The position numbers and the translations under genes are program-made. From Malacoraja senta (taxonomy: Eukaryota), in NCBI GenBank assembly GCA_038087875.1, contig JAXLNO010000630.1, positions 1 to 64,000 of the forward strand: a stretch of 64,000 nt of DNA. Direction: 5' to 3'. The notes under the pieces were generated by a model. The model ran no database searches, was not told the DNA's origin, and saw only the letters and a list, made by a program, of their open reading frames with translations. Positions 51,140-63,600 of the stretch are shown here, one piece after another (position 1 is the stretch's first letter; the number at the start of each line of letters is the position of its first letter).

Positions 51140-52377
51140 CATGAGAACCAGGCCCACCTACCTTCTTGGTGAATGGTGGGTTCTGCTGTCCCCGGTTCCT
51201 GGCGGGAAAACCCAGGAACCCCGCTGCAGAGCGCCAACTGCGCATCTGAATAGACGGCCGGTTTGTTCCTGGACCAGACCCGGATTCTGCACCTCGTCTG
51301 TAAGGACATTGTCTCCGAACAGCTTTGCCGACCACCGGTGGCTTAAACATGCCCACCGTCTTTGCCTCATCATCCAATTATTTTACTCGTTTTGCGAGGT
51401 CCTCTCCAAAGAGCAAATTGGGCGGCTGTATATTACTGGGCTTGCAGAGCGCTGCAAACTTCCGGTAGGGCGAATGGCACTCTTCCTTAAACAGTTAATC
51501 TTGAAGTGCGCACTGCACATCAACCCTCGGGCCTCTTGCTGCATCTCGGACAGGTGCCCTCCATCTACCGTCCTGGCGAACGCCATGATCCCTGAGCCGA
51601 GCAGCTTCAGGATTCTCTGCAGCTTCATCTCCTGGGCAGGAATGCCCACACCCATCTGACCCCATATCACCTGGTTCACGGCTGGCACTTTCAGTAAAAC
51701 GCAGTTCACCGGGGTCTCGTGTTTCTTGGTGGTCTCATCCATTGTCAGCTCCTGCAGCTGATGGTAGACTAAATAATTAATTGTGAAGGCCAGCTCATCT
51801 CCCAGTGGCACCCCTGACTCTTTCGGGACGGCAAAACGTGCTGCCAGGGATGGGACATCTGGCGCGTGCCCTTCATCCCCCGGGGTGCATTCCCCGTCAG
51901 AGTCGGGGTCAGAACATTGCTGACCCATTGCACTCCCCTCATCAATGAGGGAGCGATTAAGCAGCCCTATACCAGGCGCTGGTGGTGCGGCCTCTTCATC
52001 AGGCTGGCGCCGACAACACTCCTCCTCCCGGAGTTGCCCTACTGGAGCAACCTTTGCATTAGGTGCTCCATTTGCGATAACCGCTCGAACACGGTATCTA
52101 ATCCTGGAGGGGAACACTCCCGGCCCGACTCTGCCGAGTCTATGGCCCGCACAGACTTCTCCACGGCCTTGCGCCCGACTGGCGCTGCCTCAGTGCTCTG
52201 CAGCATTACGTCTGTAGTCGCACCGCTCCCAACCGGCGACTGGGAAGGGGTACGAGGCAGCCGTTCACTGACCGCACCCCGCGGTTCTCCACCGACTTTC
52301 CACCGGCTCGCCTCTTCCCCTTGCTCGCTTTGTCCATGGAGCTTCCTGAAAATACAATCCTTACGACACCTCGACAA
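51140..52377 (-). pseudogene. DIRS ORF1 (gag-like), frameshifted
   Basis: Lies upstream of the RT; homologous to the ORF1 remnant of element 2 (LQRILKLLGSGI). Confidence 0.7.
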
Positions 52378-52977
52378 AACGAACTCAGGCTAGGTTTTCC
52401 ACTTACCTGAAGTTTTTAACTACTTACCGCTGAAGGAGATCTTTTCCTCCAAGCCGGTCCGACCGCCAATGCGGCAGACGTAATGACGCGCATGCGGACT
52501 GGCGGGGCTTCTTCACGGAATCACTCACGTGACTCCGAAGTAAAATCATAGATTTATACAGCTTGGAAACAGGCTCAGCGGCCCCACCAGCCCGCACCGG
52601 CGAACTGTCCCGTGTTTAGCCATATCCGACTTACCCGCGTTTAGCCATATCCATCCAAACATGTCCTATCCATATAACTGTCTAACTGTTTCTGAAATGT
52701 TGGGGTAGTCCCTGCATCAGCTTGCTCTTCTGGCTGCTTGTTCCACGCACCCACCACCGTTTGCGCGCAAATATTACCCCTCAGATTCTTATGGTAGGCA
52801 CAAAAAGGCTGGAGAAACGGGTGAGGGAGCACCTATGGAGCGAAGGAATAGGTGACGTTTCGTGTCGAGACCCTTCTTCAGACTGACGTGGGGGTGGGGG
52901 GGGCGGGAAGAAGAAAGGAAGAAGCGAAGACAGTGGGCAGGGAAGGGGGGGGAAGGAGGGAGAGAGCAAGCAAGGAC

Positions 52978-53320
52978 GACAGATGGCGCAATGGGCTAAG
53001 TGTTCGTCTGGCAAACGGAAGGTAGCCAATTCGAATCCCGCTTGGAGTGCATACTGTTGTTGTGTCCTTGGGCAAGACACTTCACCCACCTTTGCCTGCG
53101 TGTGAATGTGTGTGAATGTGTGTGAGTGATTGGTGGTGGTCGGAGGGGCCGTAGGCGCAGATTAGCAGCCACGCTTCCGTCAGTCTGCTCCAGGGCAGCT
53201 GTGGCTACAGAAGTAGCTCACCACCACCGAGTGTGACTGAGGAGTGAATGAATAATGCGATGTAAAGCGCCTTGAGTATTAGAAAGGCGCTATATAAATC
53301 CCATCCATTATTATTATTAT
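52978..53320 (+). mobile_element. tRNA-derived SINE with an L2-type tail
   Basis: A box TGGCGCAATGG, B box TTCGAATCC, tail tgtaaagcgccttgag...gcgctatataaat(ATT)n; absent from the paralogous site near 5777. Confidence 0.9.
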
Positions 53321-53844
53321 TACCTAAAATTGCAGAAGTCAATGTTCATACCGCGATGGTGTAAACTCCCCAAGCGAAATATGAGGTGCTGATCCTCCAA
53401 TTTGCGGTGGGATTCCCTCTGGCCATGAACGTTGACTTCTCCAATTTCAGGCATTCCTTGCGTTCTCCCTGCTTCCCCTCCCCTTCCCAGCTCTCCCTCA
53501 GCCCTCTTTCTCCGCCTCTTCGTTTCTTCTTCCCGCCCCCACCCCACATCAGTCAGAAGAAGGGTCTTGACCCGAAATGTCATCTTCGCTCCATAGATGC
53601 TGCCTCACCCGCTGAGTTTCTCCAGCATTTTTGAGTCTACCTGTGTAGTGGCTCCTACTGGCCATGTTGGGTAATACACCTAATTTGTAACTGGTTGACA
53701 TTGTGATCTTGTCATGTGACCTTTGGCGGGACTGGAGTGCGCAACAGTGGAGGCAGCAACACATGTTTTGGTCTTGGTAATTTTTGTGAACATCTGCAAT
53801 CAGCTTCTGCCTTTTGAGCATCAACAGTATGTGTTGCAATGTTT

Positions 53845-56800
53845 AATAGTAAGATTAAACGAGAACTTACCTAAGTTTGAAGTTTGATCTTTATTTTATG
53901 AGGAGTTACGTAGGTGATTACGTGAAGAACCCCACCAGTGCGCCTGCGCGTCAATCTTCAAAGCAGCGGTGTGAAATCACAAAAAACAACAACCGAAGTA
54001 ATATAGTCTCATACTAAAACGAGTAAGACAAGAACTTCCATCTGACCTTTATGATAGAGGGTAGGGTCGTGGTGGGCACGTAATCACCTACGTAACTCCT
54101 CATAAAATAAAGATCAAACTTCAAACTTAGGTAAGTTCTCGTTTAATCTTACTATTTTACTTCGGAGTCACGTGAGTGACTACGTGAAGATTTTAAAGCT
54201 TTGTGATTTCATGCCGTGAATCAATCCCGGCTTCTCACTGCATAGATTGACTCGGAACGAGAATAATCAATCATGCATTCATAATAACATTTGTACCACA
54301 AATGCAGTAATTCATTTCAATAATGAAATGAATCAGATCCCCTTTAAACCAGAGGAATTTACACAGAACTTAAAATAGTTTCTGCAAACAACCCCGCATT
54401 AACAATAGGCCGATGGTAAAAATGTTGAAACATCAACTCATTGGCTGCGAGGATATAGTCGACGGGGCCGTCTTTTGCCCTGGCCGCCGACATTTCTGCT
54501 GCCCTAGGTGAGTGAGTCGTAAAAACATAAGTGTTAATACCAGCAGCTTTTAAGACTTCTTTTATCCATCTGGAAATAGTCTGTATTGAAACTCTCTTGT
54601 GTGGTTTCTTGTGTGTGATCAAAAACCCAGTTTCCGTATTCTCAAATTCTTTGTGACCTCAATGTATTGTAATAAATATGTCTTCATACAGAGACATGGA
54701 TCATTTGGATATGCTGCCAGCATAATTTTAAATCCTGTCACACCTGCCCTAATTTGCTTTAGTAGGTCATAGATATAGAATGTAACCTTGTCTTCAGTTA
54801 CTTCCATACTGTCTATTTGTAATTCTCCAAGTGTTTGCACTCGTTGTGCTGTCACTCATGCCATAAACATGAATACTTTCATACTGAGCTTGACCAAAGG
54901 TAAAGACACACTTGATGACCATCACGAAGTAGTTTCAGTACCACACTTACATCCCAGATTGTCACGTACCTAGGTTTCGGTGGTTTGGAATTAAAGATTC
55001 CTTTCATTAGTCTGGAAACAATTGGGTGTGACCCAATTGAGTTTCTTTCTGAATCCAGAACCAAATACGAGGACAATGCACTTCTGGCTGAATTAATTGC
55101 ACTACAACTCAGACCTTCATCATAATAAAGTTTTGACAGAAATTCTAAACATTTGAAATATCTGCAGTACTTTATTGCACATTCTTTTGTACCCAGAACT
55201 CTTCCCATTTCTTAATATAAGAAAGGTACTGTTTTTGAGTGCTCTTCCTCCAGACTGCCGTAAGCATGTCCACAGTATGCTCAGACAGTCCTCGTCCCAG
55301 AAAAGGCATTCTTAAAACCTGCAAATCAACAAATCCAAACGATCATATAATGGATGTTGTTCCCCTGTACAGGGTGCAGCAATAAATTACTCTTTTTTGG
55401 GACTTTCATCAACATTTGTGTTGTTAATTCTAATATCAACGGATACCATGGCTGTGTAGGCCAATCTGGTACTACCAATACCCTTAAAGCAGCATCTTGC
55501 CTGATTTTAAGCAAACATTGGCTTATGAGGCAGAAAGGTGGAAATATATATGAAAACATACCACCCCAATGTAGCGAGAAAGCATCAATCGCCACTGCTC
55601 CTGGATCTGGTTTCCATGAGACATATCTCGATAGCTGATGATTCAAGTCGATGTCGGTCATTCCAAATCTGATGACTATATCATTGAATACCTCTTGATT
55701 CAACATCCATTCTTTATTATCATGGAACTTTTCGTGACCTGGTGTCTGCTATCGTTCATTCTACCTGGTAGATAGATAGCTGAAATCCAAATGTTCTTTT
55801 CAATACACCAAGCCCAAAGTTGATTAACCATTTTGTCACAAGACACCGACTTAATTCCACCCATATAATTAATATAAACAACTACTGTTGTGTTATCAAT
55901 TTGAACTTGAACATGCTTATTAGTTGTGTTAGAACAATAAGCTTGGAGCCCATAGAAACATCCTAGAAGCTCCAAATAGTTAATTCCCCATGTCTGCAGT
56001 AACAATGACTCTTCCCGATTCCATCTGCCTCCTCAGCTAGATGTTAAGTCAGTTGCACCCCATCCTGGTGCACTGGCATCAGTTTGTAATATCATGGAAG
56101 GTTGTTCAATCAGCACTTTGCTGGAACTGCTTGAGACATGTAGAATCCACCACTGCAGATCAGAAACAGCATTTGTTGTTAGTTGCATGGTTCTATCAAA
56201 ATGACCAACATGCATTCTCGGTGCCTGTTCTTTAAGTCTCTGCAGCTGTTGATATGGTAATGGTCCGAATTGGACTGCTGGGAATGCTGCTACTAATTTT
56301 CCCAGTACACGAGCCACCTGTCTAATTGAAGGTTTTTGCTCGTTTAGGAGATTACTGCAATCTTTAATCAAATCCACCTTTTTCCCTGGGCAAAGTAATA
56401 TTCATTTGGACTGAATCAATTGTGAACCCCAAATAATTAATAGAGGTACATGGTGTTAACCTAGATTTCTGTGGATGAATTAGAAACCCCAAATTTTCAA
56501 AAGTTGATTTCACAACTGCAACAGATACTTCTGTTGACTGTTTTGTCTTTCCTATAATCAAGACATCATCCAAATATGCCATTAGTACATGCCCCTGGCT
56601 ACTCAGTAAGCCCAGAATTGGTTTTAACAATTTTGTGAATATTCTGGGTGCAGATATTAACCCATTAGGCAGAGCTTTGAACTGCCACAACTGGTTCATC
56701 CATTTAAATTTAAGATACTTCCTATCTTCTGAATGAACAGACACTGAATAATATGCATCTTTCAAGTCTATAGTTGCCATATAACATGCTTCTGAAATAA

Positions 56801-58628
56801 GCTGTTTGGCAGTCACAAATGTTTCCATTTTAAAATGTCTAAATTGCACAAAAGGATTCAGATTTATCAAATCTACAAGAATCCTACATCCTCCATCCTT
56901 TTTTGATCGAGGGAATATATTTGACACAAATTGGTGACTTTGGTAGACTGATTTTTCAATAACCCCTTTTTTATATAGGGTTTCAATTGCAACCTGAACC
57001 TCCATCACTTCTTTTTGTACAAAGTGCAGAGTACGGCTAGGAACATGCTGAACAGGCAAATCATAATTTGGATTGAATTCAATTCGAAATCCTTGTATAT
57101 TATTCAGGATTACCACATCTGAAGTAATTTTCTTCCAATTATTATAGAAGAAATGTAACCTGCCTCCAACATTTGGACTTAATCCAGTTAGTATGTTCCC
57201 ATGAGAACCAGGTCCACCTACCTCTTGAGTCATTTGAGTACCCTGAGATTCCTGGGTTCTCCCGGAAGCACACCCACTGGTTCTTGCTCCCGCTGCAGGC
57301 CGCCAACTACGTCCCTGCGTTGATGAGCGACTTGGTCCAGGATCCGTATGACGTCTGAAAGGATACTTCCTCTTTACAGACTTCACAACCATTGATGTCT
57401 TCATCAATCCTGTTTTCGCTTCATCTTCCAACTCTTTAATACTTCTCCCGAGATCTCTCCAAAGAGTAAGTTGGGTAATTTGTATATTACTTGGTTTGCA
57501 GAGTGCTGCGAATTTCGGATTCATAGTAGACCGTATAGCACTTCTCGAAGTGGGTGCTGCATAGCAACCTCAGTGCTTGCTGATGCAACTTCGTCATCTT
57601 TTGGTTGTTACCTGCTATTCTGGTAAAAGCAGTTATTCCAGAACCCAGCAGCTTTAATATTCTCTGCAACTGATTCCAGATACTCTTGCAGTCTCATCCA
57701 TTTCATGCTGTTCCAGCTAATGGTAAACCAAGTAATTTATTAAGGAGGCCAGTTCTTCCTAATGGCTCTCATGACCCTGACGGGGCAGCGAATCCTACTA
57801 CCAGGGGTGGAACATCTGGCAGCTGCCTTTCATCGCCTTGTACAGCCTCACCGTCAGAGTCGGGGTCTGAAATCTCATGACCCGTAGCACGCTCCTCATT
57901 CCTGAGGGTGCATTCCATCAGCCCTGAGCCAGGTGCTGTTAAGCTGCTCCTGCAGCTTGGATTACAGTACACTCCTTCCTGAGTGAACTTTTGCTCCAAC
58001 AACCTATAAAAAAGGCTTCTATTTGGGCAATACGCTCGAAAGCAGTATCTAGCCCTGTACCAGGAGCTGTTTGAGCTGTTTCCAGCAGCTTGGCTTTGAG
58101 AACACTCCTCCCTGAGTGAACTTTGCTCCAACAGCCTGTGTAAAAGGCTTTCTATTTGGGCAATATGTTCTAAAGCAGTATCTAGCCCTGGAGCTTCTTC
58201 ATTGCCTGGGACTCCCTCCGTTGGGATTTAAACTTTGTCTTTTGCCCGACAGGCGCTGACTGTGTTTTCACCAGCCCCAGGTCCACAGTCGCTATGCTCA
58301 CCGCTGGCGACTGTACCGGGGTTTAGAGGCGGTTGGTCTCTAACCGCGGACTCCCGACTTTCCCGACTTCTGTCGGCTATGTCGCTCGCCTCTTCCCCCT
58401 GTCCGTTTTTTCCCATGGCGTCTGTGGAAAAAATCGCCATAGACCCACAGTAAACGGACCTGGAAAACCTGTAAAAAAGTTTTTACTTACCTTGTAGTTG
58501 AAAAACTACAAACCACTCGAGGAGCACTGCTCCTCACGTCCGTTTGCGTCAAGGCGTCTGACGTAATGACGCGCAGGCGCACTGGCGGGGTTCTTCACGT
58601 AGTCACTCACGTGACTCCGAAGTAAAAT
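53845..58628 (-). mobile_element. DIRS1-like retrotransposon 2 (full length, ~4.78 kb, frameshifted ORFs)
   Basis: Same terminal architecture; RT 56364-57524 (YLDD), MT 55326-55706, YR pieces 54359-55310; empty site at 6303-6305. Confidence 0.96.
56364..57524 (-). CDS. DIRS 2 gag C-terminus / reverse transcriptase fragment
   Basis: VGGRL, KKDGGCR, IDLKDAY and YLDD motifs. Confidence 0.88.
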   Translation of the reverse strand: MNPKFAALCKPSNIQITQLTLWRDLGRSIKELEDEAKTGLMKTSMVVKSVKRKYPFRRHTDPGPSRSSTQGRSWRPAAGARTSGCASGRTQESQGTQMTQEVGGPGSHGNILTGLSPNVGGRLHFFYNNWKKITSDVVILNNIQGFRIEFNPNYDLPVQHVPSRTLHFVQKEVMEVQVAIETLYKKGVIEKSVYQSHQFVSNIFPRSKKDGGCRILVDLINLNPFVQFRHFKMETFVTAKQLISEACYMATIDLKDAYYSVSVHSEDRKYLKFKWMNQLWQFKALPNGLISAPRIFTKLLKPILGLLSSQGHVLMAYLDDVLIIGKTKQSTEVSVAVVKSTFENLGFLIHPQKSRLTPCTSINYLGFTIDSVQMNITLPREKGGFD

Positions 58629-58647
58629 GCTTACTTATGTTTGGAAA

Positions 58648-59698
58648 TGAACGGGTCATTTTCAGAATAGCAGGCAGTGGCGAGTGCAGTACCGCAAGGC
58701 TCAGTGTTGGGGCCACCACTGTTTACCTTCTATATTAATTATTTGGAAGAGGGAAGAGGGAATTAGGAGCAACCCTAGCAGGTTTGCGGATGACACAAAG
58801 CTGGGTGGCAGTGTGAACCGTGAAAAGGATGTTAGGAGGTTGCAGGGTGACCTGGACATGATGCGTGGTAGATGCAGTATAGTATAATGTGAGATTATCC
58901 ACTTTGGTGGCAAAAACAAGGGTGCAGATTATCATCTGAATGGGGTTAGATTAGGTAAGAGGGAGGTAGAGCGAGACCTGGGTGTTCTTGTACAGAGGTC
59001 ACTGAAAGATGGGGTGAAGGTAGTGCAGGCCGTGAAGAAAGCTAATGGAATGTTGGCCTTCATAACAAGAGGATTTCACTATAGGAGTAGAGATGTTCTT
59101 CTGCAGTTGTATCGGGCTCTGGTGAGACCACATCTAGAGTATTGTGTACAGTTTTGATCTCCTAATCTGGGGAAGGACATCCTTGTTATTGGGGCAGTGC
59201 AGCGTAAGTTCACGAGATTTATCCCTGTGATGGCGTGACTGTCATATGAGGAAAGATTGAAAAGACTAGGCTTGTATTCACTGGAGTTTAGAAGGATGAG
59301 GGGGTATCTTATAGAAACATATAAAATTATAAAAGGACTGGACAAGCTTGATGCACGAAAAATGTTCCCAATGTTGGGCGAGTCCAGAACCAGGGGCCAC
59401 AGTCTTTGAATAAAGGGGAGGCCATTTAAGACTGAGGTGAGAATAAAGGTTTTTATCCAGAGTTGTGAATTTGTGTAATTCGCTGCCACAGAGGGCATGG
59501 AGGCCAAATCACTGGATGGATTTAAGAGAGACTCAGATAGAGCTCTAAAGGCTGGTGTAATCAAGGGATATGGGGAGAAGCAGGCACGGGTTATTAGTTG
59601 GGGACGATGTGCCATGAACACAATGAATGGCGGTGCTGGCTTCAAGGGCCGAATGGCCTCCTCTTGTACCTATTTTCTGTGTTTCTATGTTTCTATGT
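58648..59698 (+). mobile_element. CR1 RT-to-3' fragment
   Basis: PQGSVLGP, FADDTKL, LYSLEFRRMRG and (TTTCTATG)n tail. Confidence 0.88.
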
Positions 59699-59939
59699 CA
59701 CCTATTCCGTTTTTTCACAAATGCTGTCTGACCCGGTGAGTTACTCCAGGTTTTTTGTGTCCATCTTCGGTTTAAAGCAGCATCTGCATTTCCTTCCGAC
59801 ACATTAGGTGAAACCCTGTGTTGGGGGAGTAACAATGAACCAACAAGAAGTTGCCCTAATGGTTTGGTAATTGCTTGAGGGGACTGGGGGCGGGGCTGAG
59901 AGGAAAAGTGGACCAGGGAGAAGTAACTCCGCTGTTGTT

Positions 59940-60290
59940 ATTGTACCTGCCTCAACTACCTCCTCTGGGAGCTGGCTCCATATACCCACCACGATCTTCG
60001 TTACTCCTCAGGTTCCTATTACATCTTTCCCCTGTCAGTTTAAACCAATGCCCACTGGTTCTTGATTGTTCTACATTGGGTAAAAGACCATGTGTTTACC
60101 CAACCTATTGCCCTCATGATTTTATATACTCTATCAGAACACCCCTCTGAAATAAAGTCCTAGCCTGCCAACCGCTCCCTGTATTTCAGGTCCTTATGTC
60201 CTCGCACCATCCTTGTAAATCTTCTCTGCACACTTTCCAGCTAGGCAATCCTTCCTATAGCAGGGAGGCCAAAACAACACAATACTCTAA
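59940..60290 (-). mobile_element. CR1 fragment
   Basis: MVGIWSQLPEEVVEAG motif. Confidence 0.7.
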
Positions 60291-60619
60291 ATCAGCCCTG
60301 TCGCCCATTCTTTCACTCCAGAGATCCTGCCTGTCCCGCTGATTTACTCCAGCTTTTTGTGTCCTTCTTTAGTTTAAACCAACATCTGCAGTTCCTTCTT
60401 ACATGTCTCAACTACTAAACTCAATACTTTGACTGATGAAGTTCCCTGTACTGAAAGCCCCTCAGATCACACCTCAGCACCCTGCGTTCCAAGGAATACA
60501 AAGTCCTACCCTTCCCAACCTCTAGCTAATGGTTAAGGTTCTCTCTAATGGTTCTCACTGCGACGTTCCAGGTAAAACAATCCAGGCCGTCCAATCCCTT
60601 CCAGTAGCTAATAGCCCAT

Positions 60620-63600
60620 AATATTATGATTAAACGAGAACTTACCAGTTTGAAGTTTGATCTTTATTTTATGAGGAGTTACGATGAGCGATTATGTGAA
60701 GAAGGCCGTCAGCCCGCATGCGCGTCAATCTTCAAAGCAGCGGTGTAGAATCACAGATAACAGTTGTTGAACTGTACATTGTAAGATCAGAGAGGACTAG
60801 AACTACCGAGTGATCTTTATGATACGAGGGTTGGGACCGGAGGGCACGTAATCGCTCATCGTAACTCCTCATAAAATAAAGATCAAACTTCAAACTGGTA
60901 AGTTCTCGTTTAATCTTACTATTTTACTTCGGAGTCACGTGAGTGACTACGTGAAGATTTCAAAGCTCTGTGATTTCATGCCGTGGAAACGAGTCCAGAA
61001 AAGCACAACTGCATCAGTTGACCACAGATAAGGGAAACATTTATAATGCATACAGACAATACATAGATTTAAAACATGCTGATGCTTTTTAATGAACCGA
61101 TAATAATAATAATAGTAACCCCTCTCATCCGGGAGAAAACTATAAAACAGAACCTAAGATAGAGTTGGCAAATACCCCCGGTCTGGCTATGGGTATAATA
61201 AAATGTTTGGAAGCTCGTTCGTTAGGCCATCCTGCAGTCGCTAGGATGTGGTCCAGCGGAACGTACGTAACCCTTGCTGCTGATGTTATAGCAGCCCTAG
61301 TGGAGTGAGATTAGAGAATATCTGTATCCTACACAAGCCAAAACCCCGTTTTAACCACCTGGAGATGGTCTGAACTGATACCTTCTAATGAGGTTTTTCG
61401 TAACTAACAAACATTGCTAGTATCAGAGCCTCTAAGGCTCTAGGTGACCTTGACGTATTGTTGTAAATGTGTGACCACACATAACCGAAGGTCCATGGGG
61501 TATGCCATGAGAAATAGTCTGAGACCTGACGCCCCTGGGCTGCTCTGCTTAACTGAATCTAAAACATAAAATATTATATTATTAGCAGGTGTAACCATCC
61601 TGTCCAGTCGCAATTTATGCAATGACTGGACCGGTTGCGCCGAGACCAGCGCCCTGAGGATAACTACCTGATGAGAGCCGGGCCAAAGATAAGGATGTAG
61701 CTGGGACATCCTGGTGAAGCAGTGTTAACACAATGTCAGTATCCGATACTTCCATGTACTTGGGCCTGGGAGAACTTGTGGTAAAGATATCCTTTATAAA
61801 TTGGATATCAGAGGTTGGGACCCGACAGAGTGGGTCCCGCTCACTGCAGCAAAAATGATGAGAAGGCACGTTGGGCACAGTTAATGGCACTATAACTTAA
61901 TTTATTGTCAAGGACCCATTTGAAGTGAACTCCAAGAAGTCAGTTATTCGTGCCGTGTTATATGTAACATAGCATTTAAACAAAACGCTTCCCATCTCCT
62001 GAAGAGGAAATGTACTGACATTTTGGTGCTATCCCTGCCCACTGCAGTGAGCACACGCATGGATCGGTCTGACAATCCGAGCCGCAGGAGCAGTCTTCTC
62101 AGAGTCTGCGTCAATGAATTGATTTTATGATGCAGAGGCTGGTTTCCCGAGTCACGGGCTGAACCGGCAAAGTTTTATGTTTAGAATAACCATATAAGGT
62201 TCCATTATATTCCCAACATAAGCGGGAAACATGGCTGCATAGGTCAGTCAGACAGTACGCAAAAACCTGAGGCGGGATCTTGCTGAATTTATTGCAAGAC
62301 CCGATTTAAGAGGCAAAAATGGAGAAAAGACATAAAAGAATACTTCTCCCCCGTGCAGCGAGAATGTATCTCTCGCCACTGTGATGCCACATGTTTTTGC
62401 AACCGGTGAATGAGCCTGGATACAAACATATCGATATTCGGTGTTCCATCGAGCCAGAATGTCATAAAATACTTGTGATCCAACATCCATTCTGTGTTGT
62501 CATGATTTTACATGATGATACACCAGCACCAAATGAGGTTAGGTAAATATGACAGGATACTTTGATTTCATTGCACCCATGTGACTAACATATGCCACCA
62601 CCATAGTGTATCAACTGGGAATTAAGCATGCAGATTATGCCTATTCGCACAATAACCCTTTAACCCATAGAATGCACCTATTGTCTATAGGTAGTTGATA
62701 CCAATAACTGAAGAATTGGTAACTCAAGCAAATCCCATCTGCCTCCGTAACTAGAGGTGGCACTCGTAGTTTTCCATCTTTGAGCACTTGCATCATTTTG
62801 TAATATAACTGAAGATTTACTGACCAAACCCTACTGGAGCAATGCTGAATACTGTTCGTCCACCATTGTGACTTTGGTAGCTTCAGCTGGTAATAGCATA
62901 GGTCTGTTAACAATGATCTACATGGCACCTGAGAGGTTACTACTTTGCATGTTGTAAGTTCTTATAATGCAAAGGCCCAATTTGCACAGCTGAAACAGCT
63001 ACTATATTGCCAATTACACTTGATGAATAGAAGGTTGCTTCATAACAAGGTTGTTACAGGCTTTATTGTTCTTGCCCTGGGGCGGAGTCAGAGACAAATT
63101 AATAGCTAAAGGTAGATCCCAATAATTAATAACTCTAGTTGGTATCAACTTAAATTTAACAGGATGGATGAGGAACCTCAATTTCTCAAATATAGTTTGC
63201 GGCTGAAACAGTTGATTTTAGCAAAATACAGCGTTTAGAATATCATCCATTTAAGCCATAACAAGTGTTTTTGAGCTCTGAGCAGCCAAGCACCGGTTTA
63301 GTAATTTGGTAAATAACCTGGGAGCTGAAGTAGCCCATTTTGCAAAGCTTTAACTGTTATCATAGCCCCATCCAGTTAAATTTCAAATGCCTCCGGTGAT
63401 CCCTGTGAATGGGACCTAAATAGTATGTATCTTTGAGATCGATGCATGCCATAAAGATCCTATGGAAATCAGTTGTTAGACAGTAACGAAGTTCCCTATT
63501 CTGAAATGTCTATATTACACATGCGAGTTAATCAAGGATGAACCGACATCCTTCATCTTTCACAAGGAACAGGCCACGCCTGCCATAATTCCGTGCCTGC

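Larger units (their letters stand above)
47765..52546 (-). mobile_element. DIRS1-like tyrosine-recombinase retrotransposon 1 (full length, ~4.78 kb)
   Basis: Inverted termini plus internal complementary region (47986-48097); gag, RT-RH-MT and YR ORFs; AAT at both ends. Confidence 0.96.

Noticed and set aside
52978..53050. tRNA gene
   Set aside because: It is a SINE head; no full cloverleaf, and it continues into a SINE body and tail.
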